Part shown: positions 18,966 to 28,382 of the stretch, in pieces
How positions within the stretch are numbered: position 1 is the first letter of the stretch
How the letters are laid out: each line of letters starts with the position of its first letter
Assembly (NCBI GenBank): GCA_964445485.1
Contig: CAYUPS010000002.1
Coordinates: 38,055-102,054, forward strand
Length of the DNA: 64,000 nucleotides
Source of the DNA: an uncultured Methanosarcinales archaeon
GTDB lineage: Archaea > Nanobdellota > Nanobdellia > Woesearchaeales > ARS49
Reading direction: 5' to 3'
Made by a program: the position numbers and the translations under genes
Notes under the pieces: generated by a model
Told to the model about the DNA's origin: nothing
The model's database searches: none
The model's input: only the letters and a program-made list of their open reading frames with translations

Positions 18966-20735
18966 ATGAGGCTCATCGCCGCCACCCTCCTGATTCTCGC
19001 GCTTCTGGCGAGCGGGGCAGCCGCCGGGCACACAAAACTCCTGGCAGTGAGCGAACGATCGGACGGCGCGCGGACGGGACAGGTCGCTGATCTGTATCTG
19101 GAGGTGCGCGAGGGCAGCGGACGCGTCTTTCTCGACACTTTCCCCCTCACGCAGATCACGACACAGGTGAGCATGCGGTTCGCCCAGCAGATCGCCTGCA
19201 ATGAGCTGGACATCGATTGTTCGGGCAAGGATTTCGTGTACACCATCCGCGCGCCTCCGGGTATCGTCGCAGGGCCGAGCGCCGGCGCTGCCGCCACCAT
19301 CCTCACCGCATCTGTTCTCACAGGGTTCAATATCAGCGACGACATCGCAATCACCGGAACGATCAATTCAGGAGCTCTCATCGGGCCCGTGGGCGGCCTG
19401 AAGGAGAAGATCGAAGCTGCTGCCTCAAATGGCATAACGACAGTCCTGATTCCCTGGGGCACTCGCATGTACCGGGAGCCGCTCGAGGATCTCTTGAATT
19501 CCACGGACAAGAACGGGACTGCGCTCGACCTGATCGAGTTCGGACGGCAGCGCGGCGTGACTGTCAAGGAGGTCGGGACTCTCTATGATGCGCTCTCGGA
19601 GTTCAACGGGGAGCTGCAGCCAGAGCCCATCGAGGAGACCGCGGTGAGCCCCCGTTATCTGAGGATCATGGAAGATATCGCAGAGCGCCTGTGCGAGAAA
19701 CGCGATGCGATGACCGCCACCGCCAAGGATGTCAGCGAGGAGGTTCTGAATCTCACCCGCATGGCTGCCGATGCGCAAGCGTCAGGCAAACCGTATGCAC
19801 AATCATCCTTCTGCTTCAGGGCGACCATCACCCTGCGAGAGGGAGAGCTGCGTGAGGAGCGGATAGGACTCGCGGAGGCGAAACGCAGGCTGGATCAGGT
19901 GGTCGCGGATGCGATGCAGGAAGCGGCGCGCATCGATGGCATCCGTATCAACACAGTCACTGATGTCGAGACATACATGGCGGTGCGCGAGCGTCTCGAT
20001 GAGATCATCGGCAGCGCGAACAGCAGCGAAGAGCTCAACGGGTCAGATGACGCCATCGAGATGTTGGCGTACCTCGAGCAGCGGCTCGCGTCGGCGAAAG
20101 CGTGGGCGCTGTTCTTCGAGCAGGCGGACAGGAAAGCGATCGTCGATGGTGAGCAGCTCCGAGATGGATGCCAGGCGAAGATCGCCGAAGCCGAGGAGCG
20201 CATGGACTATGTCGATGTGTATCTCGAAGGGATGCTGGGAGGCACACGCAAGACGCTGCGGGAGGCGTATGAACACCTCGCAGCTGATGAATACATACGC
20301 TGCATCCATCTGGCGAGCATGGCAAAGGCGGAAGCGGATGTCGTGCTCAACCTCCTCGGCGTGGAGGAAGAGAGGGTGCCTGAGGTTATCGAGCGGAAGA
20401 TGCAGAGCGTGCAGCGATCGATTGCGAAAGCGCAACGGCGCGGGGTTTTTCCGCTCATGAGCTACGCGTATTATGAGTATGGCAGGTCATTGATGGATAC
20501 TGACAGGGGATCGTCGCTCCTGTATGCGGAATACGCGCTGGAGCTGTCAGCGCTCGATGTCTATTTCACAGAACGGCAGAACGATATCAGCGTCCTCGAC
20601 AGCATCAAGTTCGGCAGGAAAGAATCGTTCGTCTTGGGCATGATCTTCGCGTTCATCATGATGGGCATCATCTCGCGTCTGCACCGCAAGGCGGCGCACG
20701 GGCCGCAGCGGAAGAGACGCAAGAGCTCACGCTGA
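18966..20735 (+). CDS. Secreted/membrane-anchored Lon-protease-domain (S16) protein lacking an AAA+ module
   Basis: Signal peptide, Lon proteolytic-domain motifs GPSAGAA (Ser) and GGLKEK (Lys), long helical C-terminal region, C-terminal TM. GGGAGA RBS. Confidence 0.55.
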   Translation: MRLIAATLLILALLASGAAAGHTKLLAVSERSDGARTGQVADLYLEVREGSGRVFLDTFPLTQITTQVSMRFAQQIACNELDIDCSGKDFVYTIRAPPGIVAGPSAGAAATILTASVLTGFNISDDIAITGTINSGALIGPVGGLKEKIEAAASNGITTVLIPWGTRMYREPLEDLLNSTDKNGTALDLIEFGRQRGVTVKEVGTLYDALSEFNGELQPEPIEETAVSPRYLRIMEDIAERLCEKRDAMTATAKDVSEEVLNLTRMAADAQASGKPYAQSSFCFRATITLREGELREERIGLAEAKRRLDQVVADAMQEAARIDGIRINTVTDVETYMAVRERLDEIIGSANSSEELNGSDDAIEMLAYLEQRLASAKAWALFFEQADRKAIVDGEQLRDGCQAKIAEAEERMDYVDVYLEGMLGGTRKTLREAYEHLAADEYIRCIHLASMAKAEADVVLNLLGVEEERVPEVIERKMQSVQRSIAKAQRRGVFPLMSYAYYEYGRSLMDTDRGSSLLYAEYALELSALDVYFTERQNDISVLDSIKFGRKESFVLGMIFAFIMMGIISRLHRKAAHGPQRKRRKSSR

Positions 20736-20753
20736 GGGGTAAGAGAAAACCCA

Positions 20754-20777
20754 CGCAGGGGACTTGCGCCCCCTGCG
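20754..20777 (+). terminator. Stable 8-bp GC hairpin 19 nt after the Lon-domain gene stop; not followed by a T-tract
   Basis: ACGCAGGGG / CCCCTGCG inverted repeat with 8-nt loop, seen directly. Confidence 0.25.
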
Positions 20778-20937
20778 CGGGAAAAAGAGGTGATCGACAG
20801 TTTGATGACGTTGTACGTCGTCCACCCCAAACGCGCGGGAGATTTAGCCACCGCATATAAAGCTTCGCTTCATGCTCTCACTGGAGAGTGGGAAAAAACC
20901 CCGCAGGTTTAAAAATGGCCTGCGATGGGATACACGC

Positions 20938-21489
20938 ATGACCTGTCTGCATTGCGAGAAACCAGCGACACGCACCAGCAAGACCCTCGGCGCGCTCTGC
21001 GAGTCCTGCTTCTGCGCCATCATCGAGAAGCGTTTCCGCAAAGAGATTGCGGCACAAGGCGGATTGCCGCCGCAAGGCACCCTCATCCTCCTCGATGACC
21101 GCAGTGTCTGCACAGCGGTTGCAGCATCCCTCCTCAGGAAGATGCTGCGTCCGCCGCTCGCGTTCGATATCCGCGAACGCTGCGAGAATGGCGAGCTGGC
21201 AATCGATCCGCGGCCGCTCGACCGCGAAGCTCATGACGCGCTCAGAGACGCGCTCGACAATGCCGCACCTCGCGCGTCCCCGACCGCGCTCGAACCGCTG
21301 CGCAGCACGAGCACAGAGGAGATCGCCTCGTATGCAGCGATACACGGACTCAGCGGCAGCGTGCCAGCCCAAGGACCTCTTGGCAAAGCGCTCGATGAGT
21401 TCGAAGCGCGCTATCCCGGAAGCAAGGCAGGTCTTGCGCAATGGCGCAAGAGCGCGGAAAAGATCCGGCAAACGGGCAGCAACGCATAA
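20938..21489 (+). CDS. Degenerate TtuA/Ncs6-like protein: N-terminal Zn finger retained, PP-loop SGGKDS replaced, C-terminally short
   Basis: MTCLHCEKPA...LCESCFCAIIEKRFRKEI matches the TtuA/Ncs6 N-terminus. The PP-loop position reads ILLDDRSV. 183 aa against about 300 for the active family. Confidence 0.4.
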   Translation: MTCLHCEKPATRTSKTLGALCESCFCAIIEKRFRKEIAAQGGLPPQGTLILLDDRSVCTAVAASLLRKMLRPPLAFDIRERCENGELAIDPRPLDREAHDALRDALDNAAPRASPTALEPLRSTSTEEIASYAAIHGLSGSVPAQGPLGKALDEFEARYPGSKAGLAQWRKSAEKIRQTGSNA

Positions 21490-21500
21490 GAAGGGGAGGC

Positions 21501-22415
21501 GTGCGGCGCGTCCGCATGCGTCTCGCATGCATCCTGCTCATCCTCCTCGCGGGTTGTGCCACGGCAGGCAGCGGCCCTGCGCCCGACATCCTCTTCTGCG
21601 AGCAGACCGACTGCGCCGCTGCGCTCGCAGGGCTGATACGCAACAGCTCCTCTGTCAGCTGCGCGCTCTACAGTCTCAGAAGCGAGAGCGTCGCGCAGGC
21701 ATTGATTGACGCGAACGCCCGAGTCGTGATGAACCACGGGAGCATCGCTGGCGCAAAGGTCAAGCGCGCGCATGCAGAGCAGGGATTGATGCACAATAAA
21801 TTCTGCGTCATGGACGGGACTGTCTGGACAGGCAGCTGGAATCCTGCGGAGAAGAGCACGATGGCCGATAACGCAGTCATCCTCCGATCCGAAACCATAA
21901 CCGCCGCGTACCTGGCTGAGTTCGAAGAGCTATGGGCGGGAGTGCTGCGTCGCGGAGACCGCACCAGGCGCAGCGGAGCGGCTCTCGGCGGCATGGCCGC
22001 AGAGGTGCATTTCTGCCCTGATGATGCGTGCGGCGCAAGGGTGGTGCGGGAGATCGAGGGAGCGAACCGCACCATACACGCGATGGTCTACTCCTTCACG
22101 GATATGCGGGTGGTGGATGCGCTGCGGGAGAGACGAGAGAGCGGCGTCGATGTGCGCATCGTGATGGACACGGGGCAGGCCAAGCAGAAGCACGCGAAGC
22201 GCATGGAAGGCATGTCAGTCCGGGCCGGCGTCCATCATAAGGTGTTCATCATCGACGGAACGACAGTCGTCACGGGGAGCTATAATCCCACTCTCGCAGG
22301 CGACCTGTGGAACGACGAGAACCTGCTGATTCTCCGCAGCGGGGGGATCGCGCAGCGCTACCTGCAGGAATTCGAGAGGGTGTCCGCGAACGCTACCAGG
22401 CTGCCTTTCCCCTGA
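21501..22415 (+). CDS. Phospholipase D-family (two HKD motifs) lipoprotein, Nuc-like nuclease/phosphodiesterase
   Basis: Lipobox LLAGC, HKD motifs HNKFCVMDGTVWTGSWN and HHKVFIIDGTTVVTGSYN. Start is GTG 21501 or ATG 21516 after AAGGGGAGG. Confidence 0.65.
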   Translation: MRRVRMRLACILLILLAGCATAGSGPAPDILFCEQTDCAAALAGLIRNSSSVSCALYSLRSESVAQALIDANARVVMNHGSIAGAKVKRAHAEQGLMHNKFCVMDGTVWTGSWNPAEKSTMADNAVILRSETITAAYLAEFEELWAGVLRRGDRTRRSGAALGGMAAEVHFCPDDACGARVVREIEGANRTIHAMVYSFTDMRVVDALRERRESGVDVRIVMDTGQAKQKHAKRMEGMSVRAGVHHKVFIIDGTTVVTGSYNPTLAGDLWNDENLLILRSGGIAQRYLQEFERVSANATRLPFP

Positions 22416-23403
22416 CTTGATCGCGTATGGCTCCCACGATGAGCGGGAGGAGGATGGTCGCGTCGCCCACGACCTTGACGCGGTCAGCCTCGGCGCCGAT
22501 CTTTCCCCACGAGACAGCCTCTTCGGGCTCGGCGCCCGAGTCGGAGCCGTCATATTCGCTCGCAGTGTTGATGTAGACTGCGTAGTCCGTGCCTTCCCGG
22601 AACATGTTGGCGTTGCAGAGCATGTGCTTGACGACGCCCGCGCCGATGACGACGATGCCGGTCTTCTTGGCGTCGAGCGCCATGGAGTTGAGCTTGAAGA
22701 CGTCGTCTGCGATGTCCATCTTCAGTTCGGGCTTGTTGTACTTGTAGAAGAACATGACGTCGCCGATCGCTCCGTCGGTGATCGCGGGGCAGAACACAGG
22801 GATGCCGTGCTTGGCAGCCCAGTGGTAGATGGACTGGTCGCTGTCGATGCGCTCTCCCAGGGTGCGGATGAGCTCGGAGGGTGTGGCGATCTGGCCGGTC
22901 TTGAGCTGCCGATCGCGCAGTTCATCGAGGGCGGGAGTGAGGAACTTCTCGAACGCGATATAGCGGTCATTGGGGACGAAGAGGTTGCCTGTGCGGTTGA
23001 TGCCTGCCTCGCGCAGCGCGGCGCCGGGGGCGCGGAAGTGACCGAGCAAGAATGGCTTGAAGCATTTGATGAAGTCCTCTTCGACGCCGCCGGCGGTGGT
23101 GGCGATTGCGTCGCAGAATTTGTGCTGGACGAGGAAACGGATGACATCGCGGAGGCCTGAGCTGACCATGTTCGAGGTGTAGCCCAGGAAGACGGTGCAG
23201 CCGTCGCGTTTCATCTTGCGGATGATCTCGATGGCTTTGGCGAGGTGCGTGGCTTGGAAGCCGGTGGTGGCGAATGAGTCGCAGAGCTTGGCGAAGTCGA
23301 AGCCGGTCTCGAAGTCGAATCCCCTGACCTCGACGCCTGTAGTGGGTGCCGAGGGCTTGAAGATGCTGGCGTGCGCCTTGACGATCGCTTTCTCGTCGAC
23401 CAT
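22393..23403 (-). CDS. dys: Deoxyhypusine synthase
   Basis: Full-length DHS-like sequence (NAD-binding GGVEED; active-site region KHGIPVFCPAITDGAIGD). TATA CTTTTTAAAC 22 nt upstream. Confidence 0.8.
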   Translation of the reverse strand: MVDEKAIVKAHASIFKPSAPTTGVEVRGFDFETGFDFAKLCDSFATTGFQATHLAKAIEIIRKMKRDGCTVFLGYTSNMVSSGLRDVIRFLVQHKFCDAIATTAGGVEEDFIKCFKPFLLGHFRAPGAALREAGINRTGNLFVPNDRYIAFEKFLTPALDELRDRQLKTGQIATPSELIRTLGERIDSDQSIYHWAAKHGIPVFCPAITDGAIGDVMFFYKYNKPELKMDIADDVFKLNSMALDAKKTGIVVIGAGVVKHMLCNANMFREGTDYAVYINTASEYDGSDSGAEPEEAVSWGKIGAEADRVKVVGDATILLPLIVGAIRDQVRGKAAW

Positions 23404-23461
23404 GTCAAGCCTATTTAAAGGAGGTTTAAAAAGCTGCGCTTCGGGTGGCGGGAGAGAAAAC

Positions 23462-23903
23462 TCACTTGACCAGGTGGTGCTTCTTGAGGATTTCCTTGAA
23501 GCGGTCGAAATCAGCGTTCCGCTTGAAGCCGTCGAGCTGCTCGGGCGGGAGCATCTTGATGACCTTCAGCGTGATGCGGGCGACTTCCTTGAGGTCTGCG
23601 AGCGCATCCGAAGACGGCGCGCTGACATCCACCGTGACAGTCTCGTCGGCAGAGCCGCCGAAGAGACGCGAGAAGAATCCGGGCTTGCGCGGCGTTTCGT
23701 GCTGCGCTGCGGCAGCGGACGCACCATCATCGTAGGGCTCCATCGCGGGATGGAGATCCTGCTTGGGCGGGGCATGCGCTTCAGCGGGTTTAGACGAGCT
23801 GAACATGCGCCGCAGGAAGCTTCCATTGCGGGAAGCCAAGTATTCATCCATATCCGAGTCGAAATCGCGCCTTCCCATGGTCGTGCCGTTATTCTGGTCC
23901 ATT
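23462..23903 (-). CDS. Hypothetical protein (disordered N-terminal half, small C-terminal helical domain)
   Basis: ATG 23903 with TTTATATA immediately upstream. The track extension to 24058 overlaps the DoxX gene. Confidence 0.35.
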
Positions 23904-23915
23904 ATATAAAGATTC

Positions 23916-24320
23916 TCACTCCAGAAGGAGTTTGTAGTCCAAGCTCCACTTCCCAGGCCCGCCAAGGACGAGGGCGAGCGTCCCGCCCATCCATGCAGCA
24001 TGCTTGAAGAGCTCGACAGCAGCCGCGCCCTTGAGAGCGAGGACGATCGCAGCCACAAAGAGGACCGCAGTCAACGCCGCGGCCGCGATGCGGGTCAGGA
24101 GGCCGAAGACCATGAGAAGGCCGCCGAGAATCTCGGCAACCATGACGATGGCGACCCAGAAGGCAGGCGACGGGACGGTGAGACCGAACCCGGTGAACGC
24201 GTCAGTCGCCGCACCGAACCAGAGAAGCTTGAGCATACCCGTATAGAGGAACATCGCGCCGAGCCCTACACGGAGAGGGACCCTGCCATAATCCTCCAAA
24301 CGCTCGAGGAACTTGAACAT
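23916..24320 (-). CDS. DoxX-family membrane protein
   Basis: Four TM helices, DoxX-like GAMFLYTG...GGLLMVFG pattern. Confidence 0.6.
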   Translation of the reverse strand: MFKFLERLEDYGRVPLRVGLGAMFLYTGMLKLLWFGAATDAFTGFGLTVPSPAFWVAIVMVAEILGGLLMVFGLLTRIAAAALTAVLFVAAIVLALKGAAAVELFKHAAWMGGTLALVLGGPGKWSLDYKLLLE

Positions 24321-24365
24321 ACTCCCGCGGGTCACAGAGAGCGCCTTTTATAGTTTTCGGCGAGG

Positions 24366-24980
24366 TTACTGGCGAGGCTCTTCTTCCCGGAACGGACCGA
24401 AGAACACCATCTCGACAAGCGTCTTGCCCAAGTGCTCGCGACGAGTGAAGAGCGTGCGCAGCGTCGCTTTCGGCAACCGCTGCCTCACGATATCAACAAT
24501 CGCGGACTTCTCATCGTCAGAGATGTCACCGACGACATGCACGACAGCCGCCGCGGAATCCTCATGGCCCTTGCACAGGTCAGTGAGACGCGAGCGCACG
24601 CCATCGATGGGCAGCGTGGACGAGCATTTGCTCGTGTTGAAATCCACGATGCGCTGGTTGTCGATCGCGATGCGCTTGTGCTGCGCGGATTCCTCGATAC
24701 GCATGGCCTGGGCGATGAACTCCATCAGCTCGGGATTGTCGCGCAGCTCATCTGAGATGTATCCGAGACGCCACACGATGGGGTCATCCTGCGCGCAATC
24801 AACCTCGCGCACCATCTCGACCGACTTGAGCGCATGGAGCGCTTTCGTCAACTCTTGCAGTGTGCGCAGCGGGTCTTCACTATCGACGTCGACTCTGAAA
24901 GATGGGAACCGCACCCGCGCGCTGATCCGTCCTCTGACACTCGATGTCCGGGAGGCAGCCATACCTCTATCCCGGGGCAT
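24366..24980 (-). CDS. Hypothetical protein
   Basis: Codon-consistent ORF, no recognisable family. Confidence 0.3.
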   Translation of the reverse strand: MPRDRGMAASRTSSVRGRISARVRFPSFRVDVDSEDPLRTLQELTKALHALKSVEMVREVDCAQDDPIVWRLGYISDELRDNPELMEFIAQAMRIEESAQHKRIAIDNQRIVDFNTSKCSSTLPIDGVRSRLTDLCKGHEDSAAAVVHVVGDISDDEKSAIVDIVRQRLPKATLRTLFTRREHLGKTLVEMVFFGPFREEEPRQ

Positions 24981-25046
24981 TCATCTTTTTAAATATTTGG
25001 GCACAGCCGAGGTAAGGTTTATCTAGCCCGAGCAGACATCGGCGGC

Positions 25047-25976
25047 ATGCCGATCAACACCATCCCCGCAAAGCTCATCGCGCGGCGGGACATCCCCGAC
25101 CCGACGGGCGGACCGAACCTTGGTGTCTTCACGTTCGAACCGGCGCAGCAACTCGCAGTCAGGCCCGGCCAGTTCGTCCTGCTCGGCACCGAACGCGATG
25201 GAACGCCAGTCACGCGGCCCTACAGCATCGCGCACTACCAGAGCGGCCCCTGCCACGAGCTCGAGTTCTTCATCGGCCTCGTCAAGAAAGACGGACGCGC
25301 TCCCGACGGGAGAGGTCTCTTCACGAGCGCGCTCTTTGACGATACGGGCGCGTCGCGCGAGTATTTCATCCGCGCCAACGCCTCGGGCGCAATCGCGCAA
25401 GGCAAGTTCATCCTGCCCGCGGATACCCGGCACGCGATCCTCATCGGCACGGCGACAGGCATCGCTCCGCTGACCGCAATACTCAGGCACGGTTTCGGCT
25501 ACAGCGCGCGCTCGCACTCCCGCAAAGAGTACTATGTCGAGCGCCAGCCGAACCGGCGCATGACACTCATCAGCGGCGTAGGAGCGCCAAACGATCTCGA
25601 CGCGTACCATGATGAATTCGTCGCGCTCGAGAATGCAGAACGGCAGAGCGCCAATCTCTTCACGTACCTACCGCGCGCCTCCCGCACGCACGATGCGATC
25701 TCGCAGCGGCGGCATAAAAGCGTCGAGCGGGGATATGTCGAAGAGTATTTCCTGCCCGAGAGGGGCGATAAGCGATGGACGCGCGTAGCGCCAGATGAGA
25801 TCGCCGCCGCGACGCCGCAGCGCACGAGCATCGACGAAGTTCTCGGCGAAGAAGTCCGCCCCGCGACACATGTCATCATGGTATGCGGCAACCCGGGCAT
25901 GGCGGGAAATATCGTCACGCTCGCCCAGCGGCGCGGTTTCGTCAAAGGCAAGGATGTCCTTGTCGAATCCTGGTGA
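25047..25976 (+). CDS. FNR-like oxidoreductase (FAD-binding and NAD(P)-binding domains)
   Basis: RPYSIA FAD motif, GTGIAPL NAD(P) motif. Confidence 0.6.
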   Translation: MPINTIPAKLIARRDIPDPTGGPNLGVFTFEPAQQLAVRPGQFVLLGTERDGTPVTRPYSIAHYQSGPCHELEFFIGLVKKDGRAPDGRGLFTSALFDDTGASREYFIRANASGAIAQGKFILPADTRHAILIGTATGIAPLTAILRHGFGYSARSHSRKEYYVERQPNRRMTLISGVGAPNDLDAYHDEFVALENAERQSANLFTYLPRASRTHDAISQRRHKSVERGYVEEYFLPERGDKRWTRVAPDEIAAATPQRTSIDEVLGEEVRPATHVIMVCGNPGMAGNIVTLAQRRGFVKGKDVLVESW

Positions 25977-26663
25977 TCATCCGCCGAGAACGATGCGCAG
26001 GAGCTCATCGAAACTCATGATGTCATGGTCCGCGCCGGACACTTTCGGGGCTTTCTCGTTGCGCGACCATCCGTAGCGAGCGAAGCAGCTCCTCATCCCG
26101 ATGCGCCTTGCGCCCTCGACGTCCCTGTCGATGTTGTCGCCGACCATGAGCGTCTCTTCCGGCTTGGTCTTGAGCGCCCGCAGCGCTTTCTCGAACGGCA
26201 GCGATGACGGCTTGAGCTCGCCGGTATCGTCGAAGGTGACGACCGCGTCGAAATGGTCTGCGATGCCGAGTTCCGTCAGCCGCATCCACGCCTTGAGCCG
26301 CGGGGCGTCTGTCACGACAGCGAGAAGCACCTTGCGGCTCCTGAGTTTCTTGAGCGTTGGCACCACTTGGGGATATGTCGCGAGGAGAGGGAGCTGAGCG
26401 CGGCGGTAGGCGACGATGCCCGCCGCGAGTATCCTGTAGTCGATGCCGTTGTTCGCGCGGTGCAGGAATTCCTGGAAGACCTTGTCGTACTCGATGCCCA
26501 TCTCGGCATAGATGTCGTAGAGGAGCTTAATGGCCGCGTCATGGCTCAGTGTCAAGCCGTGGGCGATCATGGCATCGACAGCCGCTTCGCAGCAAGTCCG
26601 TTTGATGCGCATGAAGTCGATGAGTGTGTTGTCGAGGTCGCACAGAACCGCACGGATAGGCAT
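25977..26663 (-). CDS. HAD-superfamily hydrolase (subfamily IA)
   Basis: DLDNTL motif I, VTD motif II, GDNIDRD motif IV. Confidence 0.65.
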   Translation of the reverse strand: MPIRAVLCDLDNTLIDFMRIKRTCCEAAVDAMIAHGLTLSHDAAIKLLYDIYAEMGIEYDKVFQEFLHRANNGIDYRILAAGIVAYRRAQLPLLATYPQVVPTLKKLRSRKVLLAVVTDAPRLKAWMRLTELGIADHFDAVVTFDDTGELKPSSLPFEKALRALKTKPEETLMVGDNIDRDVEGARRIGMRSCFARYGWSRNEKAPKVSGADHDIMSFDELLRIVLGG

Positions 26664-26696
26664 CAGCGGAGAGGATGATGCCGAGAATAAAAATGT

Positions 26697-27857
26697 TTAG
26701 CGTGCCGAGGGGTCGTCCCGCAATGCAATGGCTTTGTCTGTGCGTTCCCAGGGGAAGCAGTCGCGGCCGAAGTGGCCGTATGCGGCGGTCTTGGCGTAGA
26801 GCGCCTGGCGCAGGCCGAAATGCCGGATGATGCCCGAGGGCGAGAGGGGGAAGTGCGTGCGTATGAGGGCGGCGATGCGCTCTTCAGGGATCGCCGCGGT
26901 GCCGAACGTGTCGACGAGGATGCTCACCGGCTGTGCCACGCCTATCGCATAGGAGAGCTGGACTTCGCAGCGCCGAGCGAGGCCTGCGGCGACGATATTC
27001 TTGGCGACATACCTCGCCATGTACGCGGCGGACCGGTCGACTTTCGTAGGATCTTTGCCGGAGAACGCACCGCCGCCATGCCGTCCCATGCCGCCGTATG
27101 TGTCGACGATGATCTTCCTGCCGGTGAGCCCTGTATCTCCGAGGGGGCCTCCGATGACGAAGCGGCCTGTGGGATTGATGTATATCTTCGTCTTGCCGTC
27201 GATGAGGCCGCCGCAGACAGGCTTGACCACGTGCTCGAGGAGGGATGCCTGCAGCTCGCCGGCAGCGACGTCTGGACTGTGCTGCGCGGACAGGACGACA
27301 GCGTCAAGACGCACGGGTTTCCCCCCTGCGTATTCGACAGTGACCTGGCTCTTGCCGTCTGGGCGCAGGAATGGGAGCGCTCCGGACTTGCGGGCGTCGG
27401 TGAGTTTCTCGACAAGGCGGTGGGCGAGCGTGATCGGCAGCGGCATCAGCTCAGGGGTCTCGTCGCATGCGTATCCGAACATGAGGCCTTGGTCGCCGGC
27501 GCCGTGCTCACCGTCGCGCTCATTGACTCCTTGGGCGATGTCGGGAGACTGCCGGGAGAGCGAGATGAGTATCTTGGCGCTGTCGGCGCCGATCCCGGTC
27601 TCGGGAGAGGTATACCCTGTGTCGCGCATGACCCGGCGGGCGACCCGTTCGGCCTCGACAGCGACATCCAGAGGGGCGGCGGTCGTCACCTCACCCGCGA
27701 TGTGCACCACATCCTTTGCGGCGAGGGTCTCGACGGCGACGCGGCTGTAGGGGTCGTGCGAGAGCAGGAGGTCGAGGATGGAGTCGGAGATGCGGTCGCA
27801 GAGCTTATCGGGGTGACCTTCGGTCACGCTTTCGGAGGTGAAAAGCGCCATGCGCAT
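26697..27857 (-). CDS. metK: S-adenosylmethionine synthetase, bacterial/eukaryotic MetK type
   Basis: [42 protein letters not shown] hallmark motifs. TATA about 20 nt upstream on the minus strand. Confidence 0.85.
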   Translation of the reverse strand: MRMALFTSESVTEGHPDKLCDRISDSILDLLLSHDPYSRVAVETLAAKDVVHIAGEVTTAAPLDVAVEAERVARRVMRDTGYTSPETGIGADSAKILISLSRQSPDIAQGVNERDGEHGAGDQGLMFGYACDETPELMPLPITLAHRLVEKLTDARKSGALPFLRPDGKSQVTVEYAGGKPVRLDAVVLSAQHSPDVAAGELQASLLEHVVKPVCGGLIDGKTKIYINPTGRFVIGGPLGDTGLTGRKIIVDTYGGMGRHGGGAFSGKDPTKVDRSAAYMARYVAKNIVAAGLARRCEVQLSYAIGVAQPVSILVDTFGTAAIPEERIAALIRTHFPLSPSGIIRHFGLRQALYAKTAAYGHFGRDCFPWERTDKAIALRDDPSAR

Positions 27858-27959
27858 ATTGCCCGGAATAGGCTATAAAACCATTCGTGCCTAAATATTC
27901 CTGCAGGAATACGCTCCACACGCAAAAAGCATAAAACCACCACCCTCTCCGGAGGCGCT

Positions 27960-28382
27960 ATGCCCCCGTATGATGAGCATTCCGCGGGATTCGTCCTCTA
28001 CCGTCTCGAGAGAGGCGCGCCGCACTACCTGCTCCTCCAGTACAACGAAGGGTTCTGGGACCTCATCAAGGGCCACCTCGAGAAGGGCGAGAGCGCCATC
28101 GATGCGGCGATCAGAGAATGCCGCGAAGAGACCGGCATCGACACTATCAGCGTGCATGAAGGCTTCACGCAGATGATAGACTACTGGTTCACGCACAACA
28201 AGAAACGAATCCACAAACGCGTCGACTTCTTCCTCGCAAAAACAGACACCGAGGAAGTCACTCTCACAGAGCACAAAAGCTACGAGTGGCTGCCATATCC
28301 CAAGGCAATCGAACGGGCGACCCACCAGAGCGCAAAAGACCTCCTCCGCGCGGCACACGCGCACCTCCAAGAGCACCCATGA
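27960..28382 (+). CDS. NUDIX hydrolase
   Basis: Nudix box GHLEKGESAIDAAIRECREETGI. TATA AGCATAAAAC 23 nt upstream. Confidence 0.7.
   Translation: MPPYDEHSAGFVLYRLERGAPHYLLLQYNEGFWDLIKGHLEKGESAIDAAIRECREETGIDTISVHEGFTQMIDYWFTHNKKRIHKRVDFFLAKTDTEEVTLTEHKSYEWLPYPKAIERATHQSAKDLLRAAHAHLQEHP

Noticed and set aside
20878-21528. 216-aa minus-strand ORF opposite the TtuA-like gene
   Set aside because: Antisense. The plus-strand product has recognisable TtuA/Ncs6 N-terminal motifs.
22417-23160. 247-aa plus-strand ORF inside the deoxyhypusine synthase gene
   Set aside because: Antisense to a full-length, unmistakable DHS.
23195-24007. 270-aa plus-strand ORF spanning the dys start and downstream genes
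   Set aside because: Crosses the dys promoter and two minus-strand genes. Low-complexity translation.
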